Source: Amoebidium appalachense
Lineage: Eukaryota; Protista; Ichthyosporea
Reading direction: 5' to 3'
DNA: 64,000 bases
Assembly: GCA_963693365.1 (NCBI GenBank)
Contig: CAVNZM010000008.1
Coordinates: 7,016,830-7,080,829 of the forward strand
The notes below the pieces were generated by a model that saw only the letters and a program-made list of their open reading frames with translations, had not been told where the DNA came from and searched no databases. The position numbers and the translations under genes were made by a program. Positions 1 to 13,711 of this stretch are shown piece after piece; position 1 is the first letter of the stretch, and every line of letters begins with the position of its first letter.

Positions 1-8
1 CCTCAAGC

Positions 9-476
9 CCCCCCTTACTCCATGCAGTAGGCCAGTATAAACCCCCCCTTACTCCATGCAGTAGACCAGTATAAACCCTCCCTTACTCCATGCAGTAGAC
101 CAGTATAAACCCCCCCTTACTCCATACAGTAGGCCAGTATAAACCCCCCCTTACTCCATGCAGTAGGCCAGTATAAACCCCCCCTTACTCCATGCAGTAG
201 GCCAGTATAAACCCCCCTTACTCCATGCAGTAGACCAGTATACACCCCCCCTTACTCCATGCAGTAGGCCAGTATAAACCCCCCCTTACTCCATGCAGTA
301 GGCCAGTATAAACCCCCCCCTTACTCCATGCAGTAGGCCAGTATAAACCCCCCCTTACTCCATGCAGTAGGCCAGTATAAACCCCCCCTTACTCCATGCG
401 GTAGGCCAGTATAAACCCCCCCTTACTCCATGCAGTAGGCCAGTATAAAACCCCCTTACTCCATGCAGTAGATCAG
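9..476 (-). repeat. Tandem array, 14 x ~34 bp, built from the GPN3 exon-3 end plus its splice donor
   Basis: Minus-strand unit CTG(G/A)(C/T)CTACTGCATGGA-GTAAG-G(n)-TTTATA. 14 copies of ttactcca counted. The last copy (to ~476) overlaps the real exon. Confidence 0.95.
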
Positions 477-1082
477 TCCCCCGTTTGGCCCGAGGCTCAG
501 CTCCTCCATGACGTCATCCAGGCCCACAAGGTCCCTGATGTCTAGGGGGATAGTGGTATTTGATATCAGTGGGGGGGCATAATCGTGTGCATGCAGGCAC
601 CTAGCCTATGTCGGTGCCTAATATTGGTAGGGCGGGATATATCGGTGCCTGATACTGGCAGGGGGCGGAAAGTATTTTTTGCAGCCTGTGTCGTAGTTGC
701 AGTAATGGCATGCGTTGTGCATAATATACGCTTGTGTGCCTGCCTTGCATGTGTGTATGCGTGCCTGTATGTGGTGTGTTCGTACACAGGTGTTGTCGTG
801 GCCCGTACGCATGTGTGCTCGTGCGGGTATGCAGTGCGTGTAAATCGCACCTGTGCCTGTCCCCGTATTTGCGTGTGCCTTGTGTGCCTGTGTTTGTGTG
901 TGCCCGTGGGCGCCTAGTGCATGTGACGTGCAAGGCAGGTGTTCTTGTGTGTGTGCCTGTGTGCCCGTGAGCCCACGAGTGCTGTCTGAGTATGTGTTGT
1001 GTGTGCATGTTTAGGCGGCTTTGCATGTGTTTGCGTGCATGCGTGCGCGTGTGTGTGTGTGCGTGTGCGTGTGCGTGTGCGT

Positions 1083-1125
<43 letters not shown>

Positions 1126-1601
1126 GTGTGCCTTTGTCCCTTTGTCTGTCTGTGTGTGCTCCCTTTCTGTCCGTTTGTCTGCGTGTGTATGTGCTGTGTC
1201 CCTATGTCTAGGTGCGTGTGTAAATCTTCACCTCTGCATGTGTGCGTGTGTGCCTCTCTCCCTCTGTCCGTCCCTGTGCCCCCCTTTCTCCCTCTGCGTG
1301 TGCACGTACCACTGCTGACATTGTACTGGAAGGCCTCTGCCGCCGGGTCCAGGTTTATGACGTGCACCGTGCGCCCTGTGGTCTCGCAGTGCGCCTGCAC
1401 CGTGTGGCAGTACGTCGACTGCAAGCAAACAAAAGGTGTCAGCACACCCACAGAGGCCCCCCCCCACGCCTATCACCACACAGGCCCCAGCCAGACGCTG
1501 CAGCCACATATGCCATACTCCTACCGCACACAGACCACACTGCCACGTAGCCTTACCTTGCCGCTGCCGGCAGGGCCGATGACCAGCTGCGCGTACTTCA
1601 T
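460..1601 (-). CDS. GPN3: GPN-loop GTPase 3, 5' part (exons 1601-1557, 1418-1310, 541-460; continues off the window)
   Basis: Spliced: [79 protein letters not shown]. Walker A GPAGSGKST, NLDPA and the LGPNG loop are present. Introns are GT-AG and phases agree. Confidence 0.93.
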
Positions 1602-1727
1602 CGTGCCTGCCTGTGCCTGCCTGTGCCTGCCTGCAGCTGCGGTTTTGTTCCTCTGCGTGCGCGAGAGAATAAATAGTGAGTATACGTAAGCCCCTTCGAG
1701 CTGCAACAGGATGCACGTGGAATGGTG

Positions 1728-1780
1728 TACTTTTCCCGCCCCAGTATTTTATAGTCTTGAGTAGAGCCAGACGATTGGTC
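1728..1780. promoter_or_regulatory. Candidate GPN3 promoter motifs (E2F-like TTTCCCGC and CCAAT box)
   Basis: ttttcccgcc at 1731-1740 and gattgg at ~1773, 130-180 bp upstream of the ATG in repeat-free sequence. Motif match only. Confidence 0.3.
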
Positions 1781-1860
1781 AAAGGACAGATCTATTGCAC
1801 TTATTCGCCCACGCATAAGATGCCCCCCTCCCCCCTCTCCCCCCTCCCATGCACTCCACC

Positions 1861-1903
<43 letters not shown>

Positions 1904-1985
1904 AAAAAATAATAATAAAAAAAGCCAGTATCCACACACATATCCACACACACACACCCACAAACAAACACACCAACACACATGT

Positions 1986-2023
<38 letters not shown>

Positions 2024-2350
2024 CAACAACAACAACAACAATACACAGCAACACACACACACAGCGAAAAAAAGAAAAAAAAAATTAAAAACATGGTCCC
2101 ACCACTACCCGTATGCACACACGCACACCGTTGCCTAAGATAATACATATTTAGTGCTGCTGCACACACGTATGCTCAGTATATAGCCACCAGGAAGTAT
2201 ATCGATCGTAGGTGCACCTGTGCGTCAACAGAGACTATTCGTGCAGGGTAAGTGGTGGACACCTTTCAAAGGGAAATGCCCCAGTGGGCACTGGGCAACT
2301 GCAGTTGGTCATGCAAACTTGATTGAACCTTCGTGTACTGCAGCCAGTGC

Positions 2351-2405
<55 letters not shown>

Positions 2406-2407
2406 AC

Positions 2408-2438
<31 letters not shown>

Positions 2439-2715
2439 AATCAAAAACTTGAAAAGCAGAAAAACACACGCACACCTACCCCACCACCCACGGTGTGCGA
2501 TCTTGCCACAATAAACGACGTAATAACTGTAAGCCCCTTTGATGTCATAGGCAATGTCATTTATTTTTGGAGGGGCCATATAACATACTAAACTAAAGGC
2601 CCAGCATGGCATTTAAAATTTATATCAAAGGCCCATACAATTACATTGAACTTCGTCCATAAGGTACATAGTTTTCAGCATTTGAAGCGAGGACCCATAT
2701 GACACGCACAGGCCA

Positions 2716-2847
2716 TCACAACAGGTGCTTTATTGCGGCTGCAGCAGGGCCCACCCACCAGTGCCCACCATCCACCCTCCTCCTCACCGTGGCAAGGTCC
2801 ACACACGTGCTGTCCGCATACAGCCGCTCGTGCTCCTGTGTGTGTGC

Positions 2848-2920
<73 letters not shown>

Positions 2921-4529
2921 GTGAGCACACGAGGGTGTGTGCGTGTGTGTGTATTGTGTGTGCGGATTTGTGTATGTGTGGTGTGTGTAGCGCACGTGTG
3001 AATGTGCATGGCTCTGTAAAAGCACCCGTGTGTTTGCACATGTGGGTGCAAGATGAGTGGTGGTGGGCATGTTGATGGTGACAGAGAGGGAGATGCGGGG
3101 ATTGGGGGGAGGGGGGGGGATAAATTGAAGAGAGCGACGGATGTGTTACACTAAGACCTGGACCATTACAGTCACACAGCACATACATGGCTTTGTGGTC
3201 ACCCATGAGCCAGCCAATCACAAAGCAACAACCAATAGCACGTGCATGGCAGTCCCCCTTTACCCTCTCTTTCTCTCTTTCTCTTTCCCCCCCCCCCCCC
3301 CCCCCCCCTCCCCTTACCCCCCTACCCACCTGCATGAGTGCTGCTCTCAGGCCACTGTGTGTGGTGACTATTGCGGCCTGGGCCTCCAGGTCTCTTCTTG
3401 CCGACCGCATGCCTGCACCCAGCATCAGCACACACCCACCAATCATGGCCCACTAACAGTGGTGCTGCACGGCATGGGGAGGGGGAGGGTCTAACCGAAA
3501 TTTGGGGAGCCGACCAAGGTGCAACACGGCAAGTTGTCGCCGGGAAGAAAATACCACAGCCCTGGGGGGATATGTGTGTCAGGGGGTGGGTGCGGGGGGA
3601 TATGTGTGTTAGGGGGGTGGGTGCAGGGGGGGGGGGGGGGGGGGGGGACCATTGCATGGCCAAGGGTGTTAATGGCCTGGGCACATGTGTGACATGTGCG
3701 TGTGTGTGTGTGCGTGTGTGTGTGACATGTGCGTGTGTTTGTGTGTATGTGTGTGTGCGCGCGCGCCTGTGTGCGTGCGTGTGTGTGTGGGCGTGTGTGT
3801 GTGGGCGTGTGTGCATGTATGTGAATGTCTCTCTGCCACCGTTTGCATCTGAAAGGTTTATACTGCCTGGCTGCATGGTGACCCTACATGCCTACACCAT
3901 GGTGTGTCACCCTAGGTCTCTCCCACCCACCCACTCTATCCACACATCATCCATCCCAGTAACCCCTCCCCCCCACCCCCTTCCCCCCCCTCCCCCCACC
4001 CCCTTCCCCCCCTCCCCCTGCCCCCCCTGCCCCCCTGCCCCCCTGCGTGACCAAATGCCACAGGGCACACGAGCACATGCGCATGCGAGAGTACCTTTTG
4101 CATGGAATGTCCAGCCCAGCCTGGCGTACTCGTGCATTGCTATCCGCTGCGTCTGATTGGCCGAGGCCACGTGCTGCAGGAATTTGGCCTCTATGCAGCT
4201 GTATGCAGCCGGGATGTGTCTGCTGATGCCGCTGGCCGTGAAGAACCCATTGGCCTGGGGGGTTGTTTCCATAGTTGGCATTGCACATAGCAGGGCATGC
4301 GGGGGGCAGCGGCCTTACACTTTTTTTTTTGGGGGGGGGGGAGGGGTGAGGGGGAGGGGCAAGAGATTTAGGAGCTATCGGCTATGAGCCAGCTTGGCCA
4401 CAGGGTAATGGCCCACAGTTACCCTGTGGCCCAGCACGGCACTCTCACTGTCTCTTGCTTACTGCCCCAGAAAAGGACGTGCCTTGGAATCGACTTACTA
4501 TTTGCACATACACAAGCACACTCACACCG

Positions 4530-4620
<91 letters not shown>

Positions 4621-5250
4621 GGGGTGCAGCGGTGAGGACAGACACATCTGCCTGCCCCTCTAGCAATGCCCTTGTGTATTGCTTTGGGAAGTTGAGGTAT
4701 CCGGCAGCCACTGCAAGGCGGCTGTGTGTTGGTGCCCCCTGCAGCAAGGGCAGCACGGCACTGCTATCGTGGCTGATGCTGTAGGCCCCCATCTGCACCT
4801 GCAGGGGGGTCTCAGAAGCGGGCCAGCCACATGGCCTGCATGCATGCCATTTGGTTGCCATGCTGCTGGGTGCTATGTGAAGGCAGCCAGTGGCCACATG
4901 ATGGTGCGTAAACGGAAGTGCCGGTCCAATGCGGGGGTATCAGGAATGGTGCGGGTTTAGAGCCACCGCCAGGACGGTGGGAGGGGGCTGCAATAGATGC
5001 AACCCGCAGTGGAACGACACACACATAGTAAACCTCAGAGCCCAGCCCCCAACCATTCCTTCCATCCATTGTTGCCACGTCTCATATCACCTTTGCACCC
5101 ACACAGGGCTAGGGGGCCCAGCCACTCACCAGGGGCACCACCAGTGTGTCTGCATCGGCCATGCCAGTGGGCCGGTTGTCCCTGCAGCACCACACAGTCA
5201 ATATCCTCCCTCCCCCCCCCCCCCCCCCCTTGCCCACACGCCCACACACG

Positions 5251-5325
<75 letters not shown>

Positions 5326-6801
5326 GATTGCACTGCTGATGAGCCTGCTTGTCGCCACCCTCAGGGAGTCAATGTGGCCCTCGGCATCCTGTGGCCCAGT
5401 CAGGCACACATGGCAGGTATGGGTGGGGTGGTGGGTGGTGCACTAGGTGATGGGGGGGAGTGCCATGTACAGATGTAAGGATGGAGGCAGAGGGGGGTGC
5501 ATGTGTGCACACACTCGGTGTCAAGGGTGGAGATGCACGCACGTGCTTGTGAGCACTGTGTGCATGTAGAACATGAATACCCATGCATGCACCCACACAC
5601 CTGTGCCGGGTGGGGCCCAACAGCAGGACTACCCAAAGAGGCATCTGGTGCGAGCTGCAGGGAGTGGCCGGCCACGGTGTCGACCAATGAGGCACAGAAG
5701 TCGGCCAGCTGTGGTTGGTGGATGGTCACGTAGCGGTCCTGCCGGTCCACAAAGTACCAGTCGCTCAGGTTGGCCCTGCACCCCCCGTCAGGCTGGCCCT
5801 AGCCTACAGTGGGGCATAGTGAGGGTGGCCGTCGGACATACAGGCCAGATCCATCACCACTAACAGCTCACTGCTTGCACCCTCCCCCCTCCCCCCCCCC
5901 CCCCCCAAACACCACCCCACCCCATACCCCTCAGCACACGCACACACACGCACACCAACCCCCCCCCCCCCCTCCCCTCCCCCCCCCAAACACACACACA
6001 CACACACACCCCTACCCCGAGAACATGGTGCTATCATCCACTATGTAGATCTTCATGTGCTGCAGCCCGGCCCCCTCGTTGAGTCGCTCCGGCAGCAGCC
6101 CCCACAGCCCCCTCAGCAGCGGTGTGCGGTAAAGCGACACTGCAAGGGGTTAATTGGTCAATTAGTGCGATACAGCAATACTGAAAGGAATTAATTGGTA
6201 TATTAGTGCGATACAGCAATACTGAAAGGAATTAATTGGTATATCAGTGCGATACAGCAATGCTGAAAGGAATTAATTGGTATATTAGTGCGATACAGCA
6301 ATACTGAAAGAGGTTAATTGGTTGATAAGTGTGTGCGGTGGAGAAATACGCCGGGGGGGGGGGGGGGGGGGGGGCGGCGGGGGGGGGGGGGGGGGGGGAG
6401 GAGAAGGGGGGGATTACTGTGTCCTGGCATGCTTAGTGTTGGAGCGTGAGTGTGCACGTGAGTGGGTGTGTTAGTGGGTGGGTGGGGGAGGAGGGAGTGT
6501 TGCCGCACATCAGGGCCATATGGGGTGAAAGGTGGCTGGCAACCCGCAGAAACCTTCCTCTGCATCCCCCTCCCTCCCCCCCCCCCCCCCCCCCCCTCCT
6601 TTTAAGAAAGCGCTCACATACACCCCCTCCCTCCCCCACATCATACACGCACCCACCCACCTCGTGTGTGTGCCGGTGCCTCTGCCAGGAGGGGTGCAAG
6701 CATGGTGGCTGATGAGGGGCTGCCCCTTGTGCCCCGCAGGCCATCCAGAAGCACGTGTACCTCCACCCCCCGCTGCGTGGCCGCATGCAGTTCACGCAGC
6801 T

Positions 6802-6887
<86 letters not shown>

Positions 6888-7082
6888 GTGTTGTGTGTGT
6901 GTGTGTGTGTTTGTGCTCACGTACGTGTGGGTGTGAGTGCATGCATACTCGTGCGTGTGTGTGTGAGCATACGTGAATGATTCGTGCAGATAATCACGAC
7001 CGTGTGTACTGTGCGTGTATCGCTTGTTTGGAATCATGTTGTGTCAGCCCCCCTCCCCCCTCACCCCCTTCCCCACCCACCC

Positions 7083-7119
<37 letters not shown>

Positions 7120-7704
7120 TCCCCCCGCCACTTACCAGGTCCTGCTCCAGCTGGCCTGTGCCGAGGTAGAGTGAGGCAAGCACTATCCTCCTCTGTGCCC
7201 GCTGTATGCCTCTCTGCGCACACGCCGTCAGCAGTGTCTCCTCGCTCCCCCCCCCCCCCCCCCCCTCCCCCCCCTCTCCCCCTCCCCAAACCCCCCCCCC
7301 CTCTCAACACACACACACACGGATATCACACACAGGTGCGCACCTTGACCTTGTCATAAAAGGCTCTGGGCGTGTCTGTGACCTGCACGTGGCTGCCACT
7401 GACCCAAAACACGGGGCCCTCCTCCCCAATGGCCCTGAGCTCGGGTCTTTGCAGCAGGCTGCTAGCCCCTGCCCAACCATCAGGATCTCCCTTACCCCTC
7501 CTCCTCCCCCCCACCCCCCCCCCCCCCCCCACCACCACCACTCAATCTCTCTCCCCTTGTGCATTCGCCCCTCCCCCCCTCCCCCCCCCCCCCCCCCCCC
7601 CACACACACACACATACACGCCCACCTGCTGTTGCCAGGCCACGGCGCAGCTGCAGGCCAGCCACGTGCCGGGCCAAGTGAGGCCGCAGGCACGTTGCCA
7701 CCAT
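2716..7704 (-). CDS. PGS1: Mitochondrial-type phosphatidylglycerophosphate synthase (PLD superfamily), ~13 exons
   Basis: Exon peptides [120 protein letters not shown]. Both HxK motifs are present. The N-terminus [26 protein letters not shown] is presequence-like. Stop at 2716. Confidence 0.95.
6147..6322 (-). repeat. Tandem array, ~4 x 41 bp, diverged copies of a PGS1 acceptor junction
   Basis: The unit contains ccaattaattcctttcag-tattgctgtatcgcac. The real junction is ccaattaaccccttgcag|TGTCGCTTTACCGCAC. Confidence 0.85.
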
Positions 7705-8153
7705 AGTGCCCACTGGCGCCAGGCGTGCGCTTGAACTCTTGCTGACGTATTAAGGCCTCAGGAGGCCTGTGCAGGAACGTAGGAGCAGGGAGGTCGAAAG
7801 GAGTGGCCCAGTGGATAATAGAGGCAGAAACTTTACGCGCTGAGACTGCAGACTATGTGTGAGACCACTCAAACAAAGCAGAGAACCTCTGACTGGCCAC
7901 CAGGGCGTACACCAGGACACATGCCAAGAAAGCGCGGACGCATACCTAATGGGCAAGTTGAGCAACCAAAATCTTCTATCATCAGCTCAGTGAGCCTGCC
8001 GCGCTGACCGCGTGTATATGATCAGCAGTGGCTCTTGAATGTGTTAATAGCCATATATGGCTATTTTGCTTTAGGTGCGCCAATCATAACCACAGAAACA
8101 TGCGATTGGCTAAGTGCGCACCAACGACAGCAATCTAAAAAGCGGGTTGCTTG

Positions 8154-8941
8154 CATGATGTATCCGGTCGGCCGGCCCGACCCGGGACCGGCCGGTCGTC
8201 GGGTCGGTCGGTCGACCGAGCCCATTTGGCCGAAACCCGCGAGCTAAAGATACTCGGTCGGGTCGGCCCGTTACCGACCCGGCCCGGGTCAAGGAGGCCT
8301 TGGCGGGGAGTAGGGAGGGGGACTCGAGGTAGGGTAATACAAGAAACACACACACACGCACACACACTCTCACTCTCTCCCTTTCCCTATCTCAGACTCT
8401 CTCTCTCCCCCAATCGCGAGTCTCTCTCTCTCTCTTCCTCCCTCCCTCTCGAGCTCTAGATCTCTCTCTCTCACTCTCACAGAGTCTCTCTCTCCAGTCT
8501 AGATCTCTCTCTCTCTCACTCAGCCTACGACACGCACCATGGCACAAACACACACACACACACAGTCACACACACATGACAATACTCACACGTGACATGT
8601 GCACCATGCGCGCGCACACACACGCACACAAGGACACACATACACACAAACATACACACACACACCGTGACACACACGCAAACACCCACCCACCCACACA
8701 CACACACACACAAGCGCGCGCACACACACGGTATTCAAACACTTGAAACACACCGTGCAACCAGTCTGCAGATAACTCCCGAGCGTCTTATGCCGGTCGG
8801 CCCGATGACCGACCCGCTTCGGATATTGCGCGACCTGGTGACCGACCGGCCGGGGTTCTGAGTTTTCGTGACCGACTGTACCGACCCGGAAATATTGAAG
8901 CCCGACCGGGACCGGCCCGAGAAACTTTTGGTGCATCCCTG
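8154..8941. mobile_element. Candidate degenerate non-autonomous DNA transposon (hAT-like)
   Basis: CpG-rich blocks of CCGAC/GTCGG motifs at both ends (8164-8290, 8792-8920). The right end reads CAGGGATGCACC on the minus strand, similar to hAT termini. The left TIR is degenerate and there is no clean TSD. Confidence 0.45.
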
Positions 8942-9016
8942 CTGAGTTGCTTGGACATGCAAAACACACACAACCCTTCGAAGACTTCTCTTTGTCTATA
9001 AACTAACTACCCCGCA

Positions 9017-10409
9017 CTATTTCTTAGCCTTGAGGCTCAGCAGATACTGTCGCGTCAGCCGTGCCGTGGCCGCGCCCTCCCTGCAGCCAAAGGAGCCCAG
9101 GGAGTCGATGTAGTATGTCAGGAAGGACGGCACAAACGTGTTGAGCACACAGGTCACGTGCGTCACAAGCACACCCCCGGGGACCTCGCTGTAGCACAGC
9201 AGGGACTTAGCCTTGCGCGTGGCATCGACCACAGCCGCATTGCGCTTGGTGCGCTCCATCAGGATGCCATGGTGAATCGGGTAGTCGTCCATCTGGAAAA
9301 GGGGGGGGGAGGGGTGAGCTACAGACACACACAGGCATGCAGTGTCCAAGCCATGCACACGTCAATACGAGCATGCAGGCCCCTGTGGATACACAGTTCT
9401 AAACAACCACTCAAAAGCTTATAACTGCATACGCAACACCAACACGTACCCATCAGTACAAGCACACGCACTCGCAAATGCACACATCCAGATACACAAA
9501 ATACACACGTACTTGCACACACACACGACATCTCATAATTACACACACGTGCAGGTGTACTCAAGCACACACCCATTCTTTCACATGCACGGGTGCAAAC
9601 ATGGATGCACACACGCACGCACACACACACAAGTTGGCAACCTGCACGCGCAGTATGCACACAAGGCACACATATACACATGCACACACACAAATATGCA
9701 CACGTGCACAGGTGCACACGCACACGCACACACACACAGACACAGACACACACACACACACACACACAAACAGTATGTGTGCAAGAGTCCACACACTGAC
9801 ATGCACGATAACCACCCACTGTCGTCACACACCATTAGACCCCGCCATGGATACGCACACCCATCCATATCCCAGCCTCGTGGGATATGCCTTGCCAAAT
9901 CATGCCCCGTATCTCAATAACTAATGGCCACCCAAACATGCACAGTTGCTCAAGCCCTCACCCCCCACAAAAACACATCCCCCCCCCCCCCCCTCCCCCC
10001 CCCCCCCCCCCCAACCCCCACCCAACAAAGAGAAGAAACTCACCTGGGAGAGGGGCCCGAGCTTCTGGGGGGCCAGTGTTGAGGCCTTGAGCTGGATTGT
10101 GATGTTGTAGATCCACGGCACAATGGTCTTTGTGATGCGGAACGTGGTGTCGTCCGGCATGTCGGGCCACACGTACGGGTCACCCGGCACACACTTGGAC
10201 TGGTACTCGGTCGAGGCCACTAGCTCCGGGGTGATGTCGCTGATCTTGATGCCCGGCAGCATGTACGCCACCTGGGTGTGTGCATGTTTGGCACTTGCTC
10301 TCACAAAAAGCAGACATTGCCATTAAACACTCAGAGCCCCCCTTCTTCCAAACGGATACACACACCCACATTCACACATACGATTCACACAACCTACAGA
10401 GAAGAAAGA

Positions 10410-10443
<34 letters not shown>

Positions 10444-10625
10444 CGTTCCTTGCCAATCCACACCACCACATGCAAACCAACACTACCATGAAACAGCAGC
10501 ATGTGCCCATCTCCCGACCCCACAGCCAAATGCATGGTTCTCGTTCACCCATCCCAGCCCCTCCCACGACACCCTATCCCAAGCCACTCATTCACTCATT
10601 AACTGCCCACCAGAACACACAAAAG

Positions 10626-10682
<57 letters not shown>

Positions 10683-11335
10683 ACCCTACCCCCTACTCTC
10701 CCTCCAACCCCCCCCCCCTCCCCGCGCCCACACCTTTGTGAGGATGATGGTGTACTGTGAGGCATCAGCGTCATCATAGATGTTGCATGTGGGCACATTG
10801 TTGACCTCGACTTCGTCCTCGTAGCGACTCAGATTGATCATCAGGTCCACCAGCTTCTTCTCCTCGGGCTTGAGCTCAGTCCCCACCCTGCAGCAGAACG
10901 AGAACAGTGCACATCCTGCAGCAAGGGTCAGCAAGTGCACACACAGGGGCACATAAGGTCCTGTGCCTGCTAGGTCGGCATGCACACTGGCCTCGGGCTG
11001 TGCCTGCTTCTAGCCACACCCCTGGCCACCCCCCTACTCAGACAAATCCATCACCACCCCTTTCAAACCCCATAGCGCCTGGGCCTGGGCATGCCTGTGT
11101 CTGCAAGTGTGTTTGCTTTCATGGGCAAGCATGCTGTATCAAATGCCTGTGTCTGTGTGCGAGTCTGCAGGCACCCCACACGTCTTTGCCTATGCAGCAT
11201 AAAGCATCTCTGAATGTCTGTATCATGTTTACGTGTGCGCCCGAGTACACGTGTGCATGCCTGACAATATGTACCGAGCGGGTGTGCTTTGCGTGTTCGA
11301 GCATCTGTGCGCATGTTTGTTTGTGTGGTGCACAC

Positions 11336-11385
<50 letters not shown>

Positions 11386-11451
11386 TGCCATTGTGTGTTG
11401 GTGTGTGCATGCGCCTGGCTATAGACACGGGATATATGTTAAAGTATGAGG

Positions 11452-11485
<34 letters not shown>

Positions 11486-11570
11486 CTGGTTATATGGAAG
11501 GCATATCTGCGTGTGCTTGCATGTGTGTGTGTGTGCAGGGGTGTAGGCCTGTGTGCATGCCTGCACACGG

Positions 11571-11610
<40 letters not shown>

Positions 11611-11652
11611 GTGTGTGTACCTAACCACATGGAAGGCATCTTTGTATGTGAA

Positions 11653-11705
<53 letters not shown>

Positions 11706-11897
11706 ATGGTATAGGCCTGTGTGCATGCCTGCACTCGGCTTGCGCGCGCGCGCGCGTGTGTGTGAATATATGTGGCACGAGCGTGTGTGTGTGTTTGTGT
11801 GTGTGTGTGCATGTGCCTGGCTATAGACACAGGTCGTGTCTACTAATTGTTGTGCGAATGTGTATATATGTGTATGTCCCCTAATATGGACGGCATA

Positions 11898-11954
<57 letters not shown>

Positions 11955-13711
11955 ACATATACAACAACTATTGTATGGTGGCCTAAGCAATGCACTCCAC
12001 AGCTACCTGGTTGGGCTACGTGCATTGTGGATTGTCAAGTGGCTACATGTATCAATACCCACTAAACCAAGGAATGCAGGAATGCCAATGGCGCAGGGGC
12101 AGTGTGTGTAAGGTGTGCCACTGCCTCGGAACCAACAAACGGGGATAGAAGTGCAACAGGCAAGGTGACGGGGCATGGCCGAACAACACAGGGCAGGGGC
12201 ATGGCTCGAAGAAGGGGTGCTTTGTAAATGCAGAGGGTGTTGCTTATGCTCAGTCCGGAGGGAGGGGGGTGGGCATTAGAAAGAAGTGAAGGGGGGGGGG
12301 AAGGGGGGGGGGGGGGGGGGGGGGGGGGGGAGACAGAGAGAGCGAGCGAGAGAGAGGGAGAGAGGAAGAGGGGGGAGAGAGGAAGAAGAAGAGAGAAAGA
12401 GGAGAACGAGGGGGGGGGGGGGGGGGAGGGGGAGGGAGGGAGGGAGGGAGTGATGGCGGGAGAGAGGGAGAGAAAAAAGAAAAGAGGGAGAGCGAGCGCC
12501 GAATTTGTAGAGTCGAAGAGAAGGAGAGATTGAAACAGAGAGAGTGTATGTGTAAAAGAGAAGCACAGTAGGGGCGGTGGCAGTACGAGAATAGAGATAC
12601 GAAAAAAAAAAGGGGGGGGGGGGGGGGGGGGGGCAAGCGGGAGGGGAGGAAAGAAGAGAGGGAAGTTGAGCCCAATATGAAAAGAGACGACTAAACGGAG
12701 TGCCAAGGAGGGGTTGAAAAGTGCAGCTGCAAGCTGTGCATGCAACCAGCGGGGGCCCACTGGTACCGGGGAAACTCGAGGCACGTGTGTGTGTTTGCCT
12801 ATGCAGCCTATAAAGCTTTAGAAAGGTGGTTGCTGTATGTGCAGGTCTGCAATACTATGGTCCAGGGGGCATGGCCTGTGGGAAAGTCTGTGCCTATGCT
12901 CGTGTGTGTGCCTGTGCCAGATAGTCTCAACGTAAAACATGTGGCTTGCTCTCTCGCAAGATGTGTACCGTGTGTGAAGACAAATGTTCAGGAAGTAAGT
13001 GATTGTGTCCGTTTTGTCGTGCCTAACTATACTGTGGTGTGTATGCTATCTATATGCATGCTGGTTGTGCAGGCAGGCATATGCGTGCCTGTTAAATGCC
13101 TCTTGTGTCGATTGAGCATGTGCACGTATGTGTGATAGAACGCTTTGCCAGTGTGTGCGTGCCTACGCTAAAGCTTTCTCAGACAGCGTGCTTCAGAGTC
13201 CTTGCTTGTGTGTGTGTGAAAGAGCAAGCTTGTTTGTGGGCCTCCGTGCCTGAACAGGTGATGATTCGACGTGGTGCAGCACAAACGCCCGTGTGCCCAT
13301 GTGGTTGTGGCTTACAGTTGGTGATGGTGGTGTTGTGTGCTTGTAGCGTGCACATAGGTGTGTGTATGTGTGCGCGTGCATGTGCCGTGTGTGCGTCGTC
13401 AAGCACACAACATACTGTGCACGTTGGCCTGCGGCCTTCCTACCCTTGTTGAGATAGTCGATCTTCTTTGGTCGGTCCAGAAACCTCCAGTCGTTGATTA
13501 TGACGGCCGAGCTCTCCATGGGACAGTGCTGGGCACTGAGCTTACCCGCAGCCTTTTCACTCTGCTCGCTGACTGCATCATAGAACTCGCTGTCGGTCTC
13601 GCTCTGGCTCTTCTCGCTCTCGCTTATCTCCGCTACACTGTCTTCGGGCGCCGTGGACACGTCGTCCCCGCCCTCCTCCTCGTACACTACGTAGGACTCC
13701 GCTGCCCCCAT
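9017..13711 (-). CDS. Uncharacterised 317-aa protein (exons 13711-13444, 10915-10734, 10271-10044, 9292-9017)
   Basis: Four GT-AG exons join in frame (268+182+228+276 = 954 nt) with GC3-rich codons. MGAAES start, acidic Ser-rich N-terminus, then a globular-looking region ending ..[20 protein letters not shown] further upstream exon cannot be excluded. Confidence 0.85.

Noticed and set aside
9-476. CRISPR-like regular repeats (also 19115-19700 and 41312-42103)
   Set aside because: Head-to-tail units with no unique spacers, no cas genes, and a eukaryotic intron context.
2837-7135. Rule that every intron pairs a 5' GT/G tract with a 3' CA/C tract
   Set aside because: It holds for some introns (6140-6660, 45237-45583), but many carry only one repeat type or non-complementary types.
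10888-10917. Apparent phase conflict in the unknown gene
   Set aside because: Resolved by the upstream acceptor at 10916-10917, which has a clear gctgac branch point.
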